10,964 bases of DNA, taken from positions 1-10,964 of the forward strand of contig JBHGNT010001209.1 of assembly GCA_043228905.1 (NCBI GenBank), in the 5' to 3' direction. The DNA comes from Azolla caroliniana (Eukaryota > Plantae > Polypodiophyta). Under the pieces are notes generated by a model that made no database searches, had not been told where the DNA came from, and saw only the letters and a list, made by a program, of their open reading frames with translations. The position numbers and the translations under genes were made by a program. Positions 1 through 9,606 of the stretch are shown here, piece after piece. The first letter of the stretch is position 1. Each line of letters starts with the position of its first letter.

Positions 1-1
1 A

Positions 2-1387
2 AGCACTCCGGCGCTTAGCGACTTCGACGCGAGCAAGTACGACGGGGAGTGGCTGCAGATCGGTGGGTTTTTGAAGACGATGACGCCCGATGCGTCATGG
101 ACGAAGGACGAGGCCAACCGGATCCGGAAGAAAGCGTACCGGTTCTTCCTCCGGGATGGCTATCTATGGAAGCACCCGAAGAAGAGGGACGGCGCTCCGC
201 TCCGGGTGGTGGCAATGAAGGAAGAACAGGAGGAGCTGCTGACGGCCTACCACGACAGCCCTTGGGCTGGACACCGTGGAACATGGGCTACGTTTGAGAA
301 ACTGAAGGGGAAGTATTGGTGGCCGGGGCAGTACCAGGACGTGCATCGGTTCGTGACAACTTGCGAGAGCTGTCAGATGCACTCCATAGTCCGACATCGG
401 GACGAGCTTCACCCCACGTACCCTCCGACCATCCACTTCAAATGGATGGTAGATCTGGTGACGATGCCAATGGGGGTAGGACAGATGCGGTACCTGGTCC
501 TAGCGCGGGAGGATCTGACGAACCAGGTGGAAGGCCGGGCCCTTTCGAACAAAACAACCGCGGCCGTATGCCGGTTCCTAATCGAGGACGTGATATGCCG
601 GTACGGGTGCGTCGGGAAGATCGTGGCTGACCGAGGGGAGTTGGACGCCGAAGAAGCCGCGGAGCTGTTCGACCGGCTGGGAGTCAAGCTCTCGCTCACC
701 ACTGCGTACAATCCGGAGGCGAATGGGAAGGTGGAGCGCGGACACGGACCGATCGTCAAGGCGTTGGTTCGGGCATGCAGAGGCCGAGTCGCTAACTGGC
801 CGCGGCTGCTACCTTATGCTTTGTGGGCGGACCGGACCACGCACAGTTCGGTAACCGGGTACATGCCGACGGAGCTCATGTTCGGCCAGAAGCCGATCAT
901 GCCGATGGAACGGACGATCTCCTCGTGGGCAACGGTCGACTGGAGGGACGAGATGAGCCGGGAGGAGTTGTTGGCCGCGCGCATACGACAGCTCGAGCGG
1001 AGACCGGAGGACGTGGAACTGGCTGCGGAGAAGCTCCGGGTGGCGAGGAAAAGGAACAAAGCCAGGTTCGACCGAACGCACCGGCTCCGACCGAAGAAAA
1101 TCGAAGAAGGTGACTGGGTGCTCGTCTACGACAGCAGCCTCGACAACCAGCACCGAGCCACACGGAAGTTCGCACGAAGGTGGTTTGGGCCCTACGTGGT
1201 ACGGAGCGCCAATGACAACGGGACATATCACCTGGCGGAACTCGACGGCACGAGAATGGCGATACCGGTTGCAGGGAAGCGGATCAAAGCGTTCAAGAAG
1301 CGACACGACGATGAGCCAGACCCGGCTCTCCTGGTCGGCAGTGACGAACGATCCAAAAACGAGGAAGAACCGACGGGCGAGGAATGA
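2..1387 (+). CDS. pol: Ty3/Gypsy pol C-terminus: integrase (HHCC zinc finger, DDE core, GPY/F module, no chromodomain); 5'-partial
   Basis: The frame of ORF 71..1387 is open back to base 2. Motifs: YHDSPWAGHRG...CESCQ (HHCC), WMVDLV / IVADRGE / YNPEANGKVER (D,D,E), RWFGPYVV...GTYHLAELDG (GPY/F). No internal stops. Confidence 0.95.
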   Translation, partial: STPALSDFDASKYDGEWLQIGGFLKTMTPDASWTKDEANRIRKKAYRFFLRDGYLWKHPKKRDGAPLRVVAMKEEQEELLTAYHDSPWAGHRGTWATFEKLKGKYWWPGQYQDVHRFVTTCESCQMHSIVRHRDELHPTYPPTIHFKWMVDLVTMPMGVGQMRYLVLAREDLTNQVEGRALSNKTTAAVCRFLIEDVICRYGCVGKIVADRGELDAEEAAELFDRLGVKLSLTTAYNPEANGKVERGHGPIVKALVRACRGRVANWPRLLPYALWADRTTHSSVTGYMPTELMFGQKPIMPMERTISSWATVDWRDEMSREELLAARIRQLERRPEDVELAAEKLRVARKRNKARFDRTHRLRPKKIEEGDWVLVYDSSLDNQHRATRKFARRWFGPYVVRSANDNGTYHLAELDGTRMAIPVAGKRIKAFKKRHDDEPDPALLVGSDERSKNEEEPTGEE

Positions 1388-1445
1388 AGACGGGCCGGTT
1401 TTCTCCGTCCCAACTCTCTTGGCACATACCGGAGGATGCGCGGTT

Positions 1446-1458
1446 AGGTGGGGGCGGA
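1446..1458 (+). other. Polypurine tract of the Gypsy element
   Basis: AGGTGGGGGCGGA lies immediately before the TGTCG start of the LTR, about 60 bp after the pol stop. Confidence 0.8.
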
Positions 1459-2231
1459 TGTCGTGAAGAAAACCGTCCATAGGCGGAATCGGCGCACCAA
1501 GGCGTGGGAACCGGTTCTTCACGCGCGCACGCTCCAAGTTGTACATAGAAGTTAATTGGGAGGATAATCGGCAGGAACGGGCCCTAACTCAAGTGGAGAC
1601 AAAGACCGCGCGAACAGTCTTTTCGGTCGCGCGCGCGAACTGTACGAGTCGGCGGCGTAACTACGCGGATGCGTGAAAAACGGAGCGGATCCCTGTCCAA
1701 AAGGGACAGGGAATAAAGCTGACATGACGGCCTACTCGTCGGGCTATAAAAAGAGGAGGAAAGAGCTGTTGCAGGCATCTCGCGCGGAGAGGACGAAGTG
1801 CTGTCGGACCGTTTCTGGACGCTTCTCTCTCTGTTTTCCTTCCTTCTCGAGCTCCATAGTTTTGTGTGCAGGGTTCCGAGGAGGCTCGCGCTGTTTCGAG
1901 GAACGCCCGAGTGCTTCCGGCAGCCCCCCCCCCTTTGAGCGTCGAAGTGAACAGGCATCGGCATCTGTTCGCCGGCCTGTTCGGTTGTAACCAACCTGTG
2001 CCCCATCGAGGGTTGTAGTCGTGTTAGCCATTTGTTAATATACATATTTAGTCATTAGCATCTGTCTGTGTCGGTGTCTGTTCGCGTTCTCCGTGCTGAA
2101 GGGCCGTGTCCCTGTGTATCCCCGGTCCTGCGTAGCAGGTTCTCTCTCTTTCTCCTCCCTCGCTTGCTCTTTGGTTCGAGACCCCCGCGGTCCCGCCTCG
2201 ATTCCGCACGCACTTGCATAATATCTCGACA
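1459..2231 (+). repeat. 3' LTR of the Gypsy element (773 bp)
   Basis: Starts TGTCGTGA right after the PPT and ends TCTCGACA (7/8 terminal inverted repeat). Internal TATAAAAA at 1745-1752. Copia RT codons begin at 2232. Confidence 0.9.
1745..1752 (+). promoter_or_regulatory. Putative TATA box in the Gypsy LTR U3
   Basis: GGCTATAAAAAGAGG context typical of LTR promoters. Confidence 0.6.
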
Positions 2232-5200
2232 ACGTCCATCTGGTGAAGATGCCACCCCCTTGCCGCAACAACCGCCAGTACCACACGAACCGTCGTCATC
2301 TTCGCTACCGGGGCGAAGGTCTCGTCGTAGTCGATTCCCTGGGTCTGTGTGTATCCCTTCGCCACTAACCGGGCCTTGTACCAGTTAACCGAACCGTCGA
2401 CATTGTACTTTACCTTGTACACCCATTTGCACCCAATCGGTTTACAGTGTCGGGGAGGGTCAACGATGTCCCATGTGTCGTTGGCATCTAGTGCCTGCAT
2501 TTCTTCCTCCATAGTGGCACGCCAATTTGTATCCTTTGCCGCTTCTGCGTAGCTCTCCGGCTCACGCACTTCCGCCACCTTAGTCATGACCGCGTAATGA
2601 TGCGCCATGTAGTCATTGTACCCGTACCACGTAACGGGGTTCTTCAGGCGGGAAGACCGGCATAACTTGGTATCACCCAGTTTGGGGCCATTCTTGGCCA
2701 GGTTGGACTTCGTTCCCGAAGATCCGCCTTCATCCTTTCTGGAGTCAGATTCGTTCCAATCCAACTCAACGTTGCCGGTTTCATCTTCCGACATCTTCTT
2801 CTTCCCCTTCTCTTTGCGTGTGAACCGTCTCCTTGGTTCCTTGCATAGGGAGAGCACGACAGAGTCTCCACTACTCGTCGGTTCCTCATCCGATTGGTCA
2901 TCCCGACTCAGCCGCTCATTCGGTCCACTTAGCCGGAATGAGATCAGACTCTCTTCTAGAGTGCCGAAGTCTTCATCTTCTACCTGGACCTGCTCGGGTT
3001 CACTAGCCTCATCTTTCAGAATCGGGTCTTCGTCGGGAGTTGGAGTCGGTAAGGAGTACCATGATGCCGTCTCATCAAACTCGACATCTCAGCTTACTTG
3101 GACCTGCTTAGTCTTGGGGTTATAACACTTATACCCCTTTTGCTCATGTGAGTAACCAACTAGAATGCACTTCTCCGACTTCGAATCCAGCTTCCTCTAC
3201 TTCTCATCCGGTACATGCACATATGCTATGCTACCGAATATCCGAAGGTGTCTCAAATTCGGCTTTCGCCCGAAATACAGCTCATGTGTTGACACCTTGT
3301 CACCGATCCGGTTTTGGATGTAGACGGTCGTCCGGACCGCCTCGGCCTAGTAGAAATGGGGCATGCTCTTCTCCTCTAACATTGCCCTTGCTGCGTCGAC
3401 AATCGACCGGTTCTTCCTTTCAGCCACACTGTTTTGCTCCGGTGTGTACCTACAACTGAATTCTCTCCGATTTCCATTCTGCTGCAGATAACTGTTGAAT
3501 TGGCCAGAAAAGGATTCTTTCCTGCCATCTGATCGCAGACACTTGATCTTCCTCTCCATTTCCCGTTCAACAAAGTTTTGAAGGTTCCGGAAACACTCGA
3601 CGACTTCGCTCTTCCTCTCGATGAGGGAGATCCACGTGTGCTAGCTATAGTCGTCAATGAAGGAGACGAAATACCGACTCCCGCCAAGACTAACGTTTTG
3701 TGCCGATCCCCATACATCTGAATGGATTAAATCGAGCTTGTTATGGCTCCAGTTTCGATCGATGGGGAATGGAAGCTAGTGTTGCTTCTCGAGGTGGCAG
3801 GCTTCACAAATTTTGACCTTTCGACCACTAAATTTTGGCAAACCGAAAACGGCTTGTTTCGATTACAGGTCTCGAAGCCTTCGATAATTGACGTGGCCGA
3901 TCCGCTTGTGCCACAGGTCGATGTCTGATTCGACCTTCTGCCCTTTCGCAAACATAGCGGTGCCGACATCATTAGTGTTGAGGATGAACATCCTCTCGTC
4001 TCTGCGCCCTTGCGCAATTATCCGATTCTCTTCCTCGATGAAGCACCCTAGGTGCGTAAACCGCACCTGCGTCCCCTGGTCGACGATTTGTCCAACTAAC
4101 ACCAGGTTCTTTGTGATAGTCGGAACGTGCAGTACGTTCATCAACTTCCCCTTTTGTCCGACATGGCTTTAAGGGACTTCTTTGACATGCACAATCGGGT
4201 GAGGGGTGTCATCTCCGGTTTCGACAATCTCCAGTTGTTCCGGTTTCTCCAAAAAAGAGAACCACTCTTCATGGCTCGTCATGTGGTTGGACGCTCCGGA
4301 ATCAACGTACCATACTTCCTCCGATCCAAAAGTAGTCTTCTTGTTCGAGTTGGCCTTGTGCTTCATCACGAAGGCTGGCCCTTTACCGGTTTTCCCGATT
4401 TTGGATCCTTCCAATCCTTCCGCGTAGTGCGAGCTTTGCCGGTTCTCCCGACCGGTTTTGCTGGATCCGGATTTGTCTGAATCGGCACACTTCTTCCACC
4501 AGCATTCCGTGTCGGCCTTTCCTTGCCGGTTCTCGGCGCCACTTTGACTCCCCCTGCTTGTGGAGGGTCTGGAACTGCTGTCGGCACAACCTTTGTGCCT
4601 TCGGTCCTGCTCTTGTCAGCCGCCTCCATTGTGTGCTGACCCACCTCGTCCACCACGTCCACCACGTCCATGGGGCCGATCTATCTCCCTGTACAACATC
4701 CGCTCGTTCGATTGAGTGGTCCTTGACCCACTCGCGTGGTTTTCTTTGACCATCAACATCGATTGCAAGTCGAAGAAGGACGATGGTTTCTCACGGGTGC
4801 AGATCGCTGTCCGGATTGGCCCGTACCTTTGCACCATCTCGTCTTCGTCCACCGTCACGTTGATGAACTCGAGTGCGTTGCAAGTCTCCTTTATCTTGGT
4901 GGTGTAGTCCGTAACTGACATGTCTATTTGCCGGATGTTGTTCAGCTCTTGCCGAAGCTGCAACTTACGAGTTGTGGTACTTGTGGCGAAAATCTTCCGT
5001 AGATTTTCCCAGGCCTCCTTCGGCATCTTTGCATCCTTGATGTAGCCGAGCATTTGATCATGCACACCGGACGCGAGACAATACAGTACCCGACTCGCTC
5101 ATTACTCCCATACCGGGAAGTCTTCGTGTGACGGCTCTGGTGCTACTTCATTTGTTCCTTCCATAAAGCTCCAATATCCATGCCCCAGCAGGTACTGGTG

Positions 5201-5278
5201 CATTTTATATGATCAGGACACATAGTTGCTCCGGTTGAGCTTCTTTGTTGGAAGTGAACTCGCCATTCCTTTGTCCAT
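2232..5278 (-). pseudogene. gag-pol: Degenerate Copia gag-pol polyprotein (stops, frameshifts, RT truncated at QMDV)
   Basis: ATG at 5278 (MDKGMASSLPTKKLNRSNY). Gag: KEAWENLRKIFA...KLQLRQEL. Protease: WYVDSGASNHMT (~4280-4311). Pre-integrase: DLWHKRIGHVN. Integrase: IHSDVWG, LRSDG, PEQNSVAERKNR. RT: EPESYAEA, CKWVYKVK, YKARLVAKGYTQTQGIDYDETFAPVAK, WHLHQMDV. Broken into several ORFs. Confidence 0.95.
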
Positions 5279-5341
5279 ATATTCTCTCTACTTCTTGTTA
5301 CCAGGTTCTAGGGGTCGATTGCAGAGGTTCTCAACCCTCGC

Positions 5342-5353
5342 GCTCTGATACCA
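5342..5353 (-). other. Primer binding site complementary to the initiator tRNA-Met 3' end
   Basis: Minus strand reads ...CATTCACA|TGGTATCAGAGC, the canonical plant Copia PBS directly after the LTR CA. Confidence 0.95.
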
Positions 5354-5800
5354 TGTGAATGTTAATGTGCGGAAGCGTCAGACAGAACCGGCTCAGTCGA
5401 ATAGCAATAGAAAATGAGATGAAGGTTTAATGGAAAAGCTTAAAACACAGAGAGTATATACGGGAGAGACAGAGAGAGCAGAACATAAAATCTATTAAAA
5501 AATTAACTCTAAAACTCTGTACATACAACATGCTAAACAACACTATTTATACAAGTCCATAAAGGACTAACAGAAGTACTGACAGGTACTTCAATGCTCA
5601 CACGTGCGACTTGTTAGGATTTCGGTCCCTTCGGATGGGATACGAAGGCCCGGCATCGGAAGACCCGATGAGAACCGGATGATGAGTACCTAGCATCGGA
5701 AGACCTGGTGAGAACCGGATGACGAGTACCTGGCAAGGAAGACCCGATGAGAACCGGATGTTGCAGGCCCGGTGAGAACCTCTCACCGGATGAAGGGACA
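5354..5800 (-). repeat. 5' LTR of the minus-strand Copia (~447 bp)
   Basis: The 3' end is fixed by the PBS. The inferred 5' end is TGTCCCTTCA at 5800, where sequence character changes. TATAAATA at 5551-5544. The 3' half resembles the solo LTR at 9607-10115. Confidence 0.8.
5653..5760. repeat. 40-bp tandem repeat (~2.7 copies) in the U3 of the Copia LTR
   Basis: GCATCGGAAGACCCGATGAGAACCGGATGATGAGTACCTA (5653-5692), near-identical 5693-5732, partial 5733-5760. Confidence 0.9.
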
Positions 5801-5953
5801 TATATGTAGATATGTTTCTGAGAGCCCATTGGGGCTATATCTGTAAATAGTCCTAATGTCATATTAGTATAAATGTGACCTAGGGCAAACAACGTGTATG
5901 TTATTATAGTTGCTGTTATTACCTTTGTATAGCGTTAATGGTGTAACGACTGC

Positions 5954-5988
<35 letters not shown>

Positions 5989-6262
5989 TATAGAGCATGT
6001 CTCTGTTGTAACCGCCCCAGGCGAAGATTGTTAGGAAGAGGTTGTTGCCTCTGTGCTCCTTGTTGTACTCTTGGGCATAGTGATAGTTTGGAGTCGGTGG
6101 ACTCCTGTGATTTTTCCCTCTCAGGGTTTTCCACGTTAACATCCTATGCATCCTCTCTTTGTTTCTATACTTACCTCCATCCCCATTTCTTCTGTGTTCG
6201 ATTGTCATCAAGTGATCTACTCTTTGGTTGTGGCCGGAGATTATTCCGCATATTTCACGACA
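5801..6262 (+). repeat. Copia-type LTR fragment (3' part of a 3' LTR or solo LTR)
   Basis: TATAAAT at 5868. The TTTTTCCC..AGGGTTTTCCACGTTAA motif recalls Tork/Tnt1-like LTR U5 regions. Ends TTCCGCATATTTCACGACA with no PBS after it. The left end abuts the minus-strand Copia LTR. Confidence 0.6.
5957..5985. repeat. (GA)14 microsatellite
   Basis: Direct reading. Confidence 0.95.
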
Positions 6263-6479
6263 CGACTGACACTAACTATGAGACAATGATTACCTAGTAG
6301 TCTAGGCTACTACTAGGAATCTGGTTCCCGCTTGAATCCGGCTCTCCGATCCGGCTCCCCAATCCGGCCGGTTGTTTCTGGATACCATCCGGATACCGAT
6401 TCGAGTAATCTTTCCGGATGCCAATCCGGCTCAGGCTTATTTAGCCGATCCGGATCCAGTTGAGCTTGCTCGCTCAACA
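6263..6479 (-). repeat. 5' (U3) fragment of an LTR of the same family as the solo LTR 9607-10115
   Basis: The reverse complement from 6479 matches 9607 onward at 50/56 nt (TGTTGAGCG..CAAGCTCAAC.GGATCC.GATCGGCT.AATAAGC.TGAGCCGGAT). It ends at TGTCAGTCG, matching TGTCAGTCC just upstream of the solo LTR TATA box. Confidence 0.85.
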
Positions 6480-9400
6480 AGATCCATAGATGAAATCGCA
6501 TGCTCCACCATCCGAATGCATTTGGCTGAAAACATCTACTTCAGCATGGCCAAGGAGACGATAACATTCTTGTTATGGGAGAAGTTGCAGGTTGTGTACG
6601 GAAAGAAGTCCTCATCTTCGAAATTGATACTGATCAGACAACTGTTTAACATGAAGATGAGAGAAACCAATCCAACCACCTCCGACATCAACACCTTCAG
6701 TCGGGTGTTGTCTGAACTCTACTCCCAAAGGATTAACTTTGAAGAAGAAGTGAAAGCCCTTGCCCTCCTATCGAGCTTGTCAGCGAGTTGGGAGGTATTC
6801 TGCACGACCTTCGCCAACAACAACCGTAGGCTGAACTTGGACGAAACAATCAGCCAAATCCTCATTGAGGATATTCAGTGAAAATCGATGGGACTCACCA
6901 TCAACGAGTCAGCAAAAGCCCATCACTCGACCAAGTTGGTCGATCAAGAGAACAAGTCGACAAAACCGGTCGAAATCATAGTCGATCGAGAATGAGGGGA
7001 GACCGACAATGGTCGAAGTCGAGAAGGACTCGATCAGACGAATTCGGCACCCATTGCAGAAAAGCCGGTCATAATGTTTCTGACTGCTGGTCGATCAAGA
7101 GGAAAGAGAGTGGTCAGTGATACGGGTGGAATCGAGGACAATCCAACTCAAAGCACTCTCCAGTCGACAACCAAGTCAATGTTGTTGACACACGATCGGG
7201 AGAAATCCTCTCCTTAGAGGACTCGATGATCAGAGAAGTCCCGTACAGTGCACAAGCCGCACATACGTGGTTGCTGGATTCTGGTGCCACATTCCACGTG
7301 ACCCCAAACATCGAATGGTTTTCAAACTATTCGGTTGATGCCAGCGGCAAAGTTCGACTTGGCAATGGGCAGGAAAGACCAACCCAACGGGCCGAATTAG
7401 AGATTCAACAAACAGTCGAAATCGATCAAGCCGATAAAACACCTACCGACTCTGAATTCCACTAGTAAAAAATGGGTCTACTACGAGATTGACAAGAGCT
7501 AGCAAAAACAATATGTCCAAGACAAAAGCTGCCATGTCAATCGATCCCGAAGAAAGGGGGGATGACTCGACATCGCCGAAATCCTATAACAGGGTCGTGT
7601 CATCCAACAAGACTCCTGAACGCAATTCAAGCAATATTGATCGGTCGATCGAGCTGACTAAAGAAATCAAACCGACAAATTCGGTACCTAGGAGATTCGA
7701 ACGAGTAAGAAGGCCTACAGAGTTTTATAAACCAGGCATTGACTACGTCAAGTACATGGATGCAGGCAAACCAAGCACATATGAAGAAGCTATAGCTGCA
7801 GCGGATGTCGATACATGGCTACACGCCATGAGATCCGAGATGGACTCGATCTATGAGAACAATACATCGGAGCTGGTCTAATTACCAGGTGGAAGAAAGC
7901 CGCTACCCTGAAAATGGGTCTTCCAATACAAATATGTATTTGATTCGAAGAAGCCCAAATACAAAGTTCGGCTTGTCGCGAAGGGATTCAAGCAAGAACA
8001 TGGGGTCGACTATGATGAGATATTCTTACCAGTAGTCAAGATGAACATCCTTCGGCTCCTAGTAGGGTCATGGAAATAGAAGACCTAGATCTCGAGCAGA
8101 TGGACGTAAAAACGGCATTCCTACACGGAGACTTGGAAGAGGAAATTTACATGTCCCAATCGGTAGGTTTCTCAACGACGGGGGAGGAAAGTCACCTTGT
8201 CCGTCGATTGAAGAAAACCTATACGGCTTAAAACAAGTGCCAAGGATGTGGTACCAAAAGTTCGACTCCTACATCCGACAACTTGGCTACAGCCGGTCCG
8301 ACTCCGACCCATGTTTATATACTCAGCAACTAGCCGATGAGTCCCGGATCTACCTGATCCTATACATCGATGACATACTGATTACAGGGAACGATCAAGA
8401 CGAAATTGGAAAGCTAAAGCAGAGCCTTCACAAAAAAATCGCAATGAAGGAACTCGGACAAGCCCGACACATGTTGGGCATGAGGATCGTATGAAATCGA
8501 ATGACAAAGGCTCTTCGACTCTCCCAATCCGACTACATCTAAAAGGTGCTAAGGCACTTCAATATGGAAAATGTGAAGCCAACACCAACACCGCTTCCGA
8601 TGTCGATCCAACTATCGGACAGAGAATCTCCTTCGACGCATAAGGAGAGAAAGCGCAATGGAAAGATACCCTACGCATTGGCCGTAGGAAGTATCATGTA
8701 TGCGATAGTGGCAACCCGACCCGATCTTGCATATGCCGTAGGGGTCGTCAGCCTGTACATGTCGAACCCAGGACGGAAGCATTGGGGGGCCGTCAAACAC
8801 ATCTTCAAGTACTTGAGAGGGACCGAAGATGCACAACTGACTTTTGGATTAGCAATCTCGACCGAAGTCGAAGGCAACACCGACTTTGACTATGCCGGGA
8901 ACCCGAACAATCGAAAGTTGACATCAGACTATATCTTCCCCTATGGTGGCGGCGCCATATCACGGAGTTCAAAACTTCAAGAGTGCATGGCCCTGTCTAC
9001 CATTGAGGCCGAGTACATAACAACATTAGAGGCAACGAAAGAAGGTATCTGGCTGCACCGATTGATTGCTGATTTTTTGGCTACTAGCCAAATCTACCAA
9101 CAAGTGTTGACCATCTATTGCAACTCATAGAGTGCAATACACCTCATCAACAACCGTGTCTATCATGCCAAGACGAAACATATTGAGGTGCGGTATCATC
9201 ACATTTGGGAGCTAGTAATCGAAAAGAAGCCCGAAGTCTGAAAGATTGACACCGAGGTGAATATCGTCGATTGCTTGATGAAGCCACTCCCAGATCAATG
9301 CTTCGGAGCACTGAGGACAAAGATGGGACTACGACAAGCAACCACACAGAAGAAAGCCAAACGAGGAGCAGAAGGTAAGTCGAAAACCAATCTGAATAGA
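6480..9400 (+). pseudogene. gag-pol: Decayed Ty1/Copia (Tnt1/Tork-like) gag-pol remnant: partial gag, protease, RT, RNase H; integrase missing
   Basis: Gag: IACSTIRMHLA...LWEKL...ALALLSSLSASWE. Knuckle remnant: THCRKAGHNVSDC. Protease: WLLDSGATFHVTP. RT: KVRLVAKGFKQEHGVDYDEIF, EQMDVKTAFLHGDLEEEIYM, YIDD at 8363-8374. RNase H: TRPDLAYAVG, DFDYAG, STIEAEY, HAKTKHIEVRYH. Many stops and frameshifts. Right end approximate. Confidence 0.93.
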
Positions 9401-9606
9401 ATCGCATATGCCACTCTCTCTCAACATGATAAGTAGTGAGAAGGCAGAGTTATATAAACCAGGATCCCCCTTGCCTATAACATTTATTATGTGTTGATTA
9501 GTAATTAGCTCCCTTGTAATATTTCCCCATCTTCCTTAATACAATTTATGATATTTGGTATATAATTGTATCCTCTTCTCTTACACATACAAATATATAA
9601 TATAAA

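Larger units (their letters stand above)
1..2231 (+). mobile_element. 3' portion of a Ty3/Gypsy LTR retrotransposon (integrase, PPT, 3' LTR); 5' part lies outside the window
   Basis: Integrase is the last pol domain (Gypsy order). It is followed by a purine tract and a TG...CA bounded LTR, then an abrupt switch to Copia RT sequence at 2232. Confidence 0.95.
2232..5800 (-). mobile_element. Ty1/Copia LTR retrotransposon (5' LTR, PBS, gag-PR-IN-RT), interrupted in RT by the Gypsy insertion
   Basis: Minus-strand domain order gag, PR, IN, RT; PBS TGGTATCAGAGC; TG...CA bounded 5' LTR. Confidence 0.95.

Noticed and set aside
809-1546. 245-aa antisense ORF and other overlapping ORFs on the integrase
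   Set aside because: Shadow ORFs expected in GC-rich coding DNA; no recognisable motifs.
1584-2286. ORFs downstream of integrase as a possible env-like or extra gene
   Set aside because: They lie within the 3' LTR, after the PPT, and show no recognisable domain.
5653-5760. Regular repeats resembling a CRISPR array (also 9654-9748)
   Set aside because: Head-to-tail tandem units with no unique spacers, inside LTRs, in a eukaryotic context with no cas genes.
6372-6479. N-terminal 36 codons of ORF 6372..6881 as the gag start
   Set aside because: Derived from the antisense LTR fragment; gag similarity starts only at 6480.
9400-9606. Possible PPT and 3' LTR of the plus-strand Copia
   Set aside because: No convincing PPT-TG junction, no similarity to LTR 5801-6262, and no matching CA end or TSD found.
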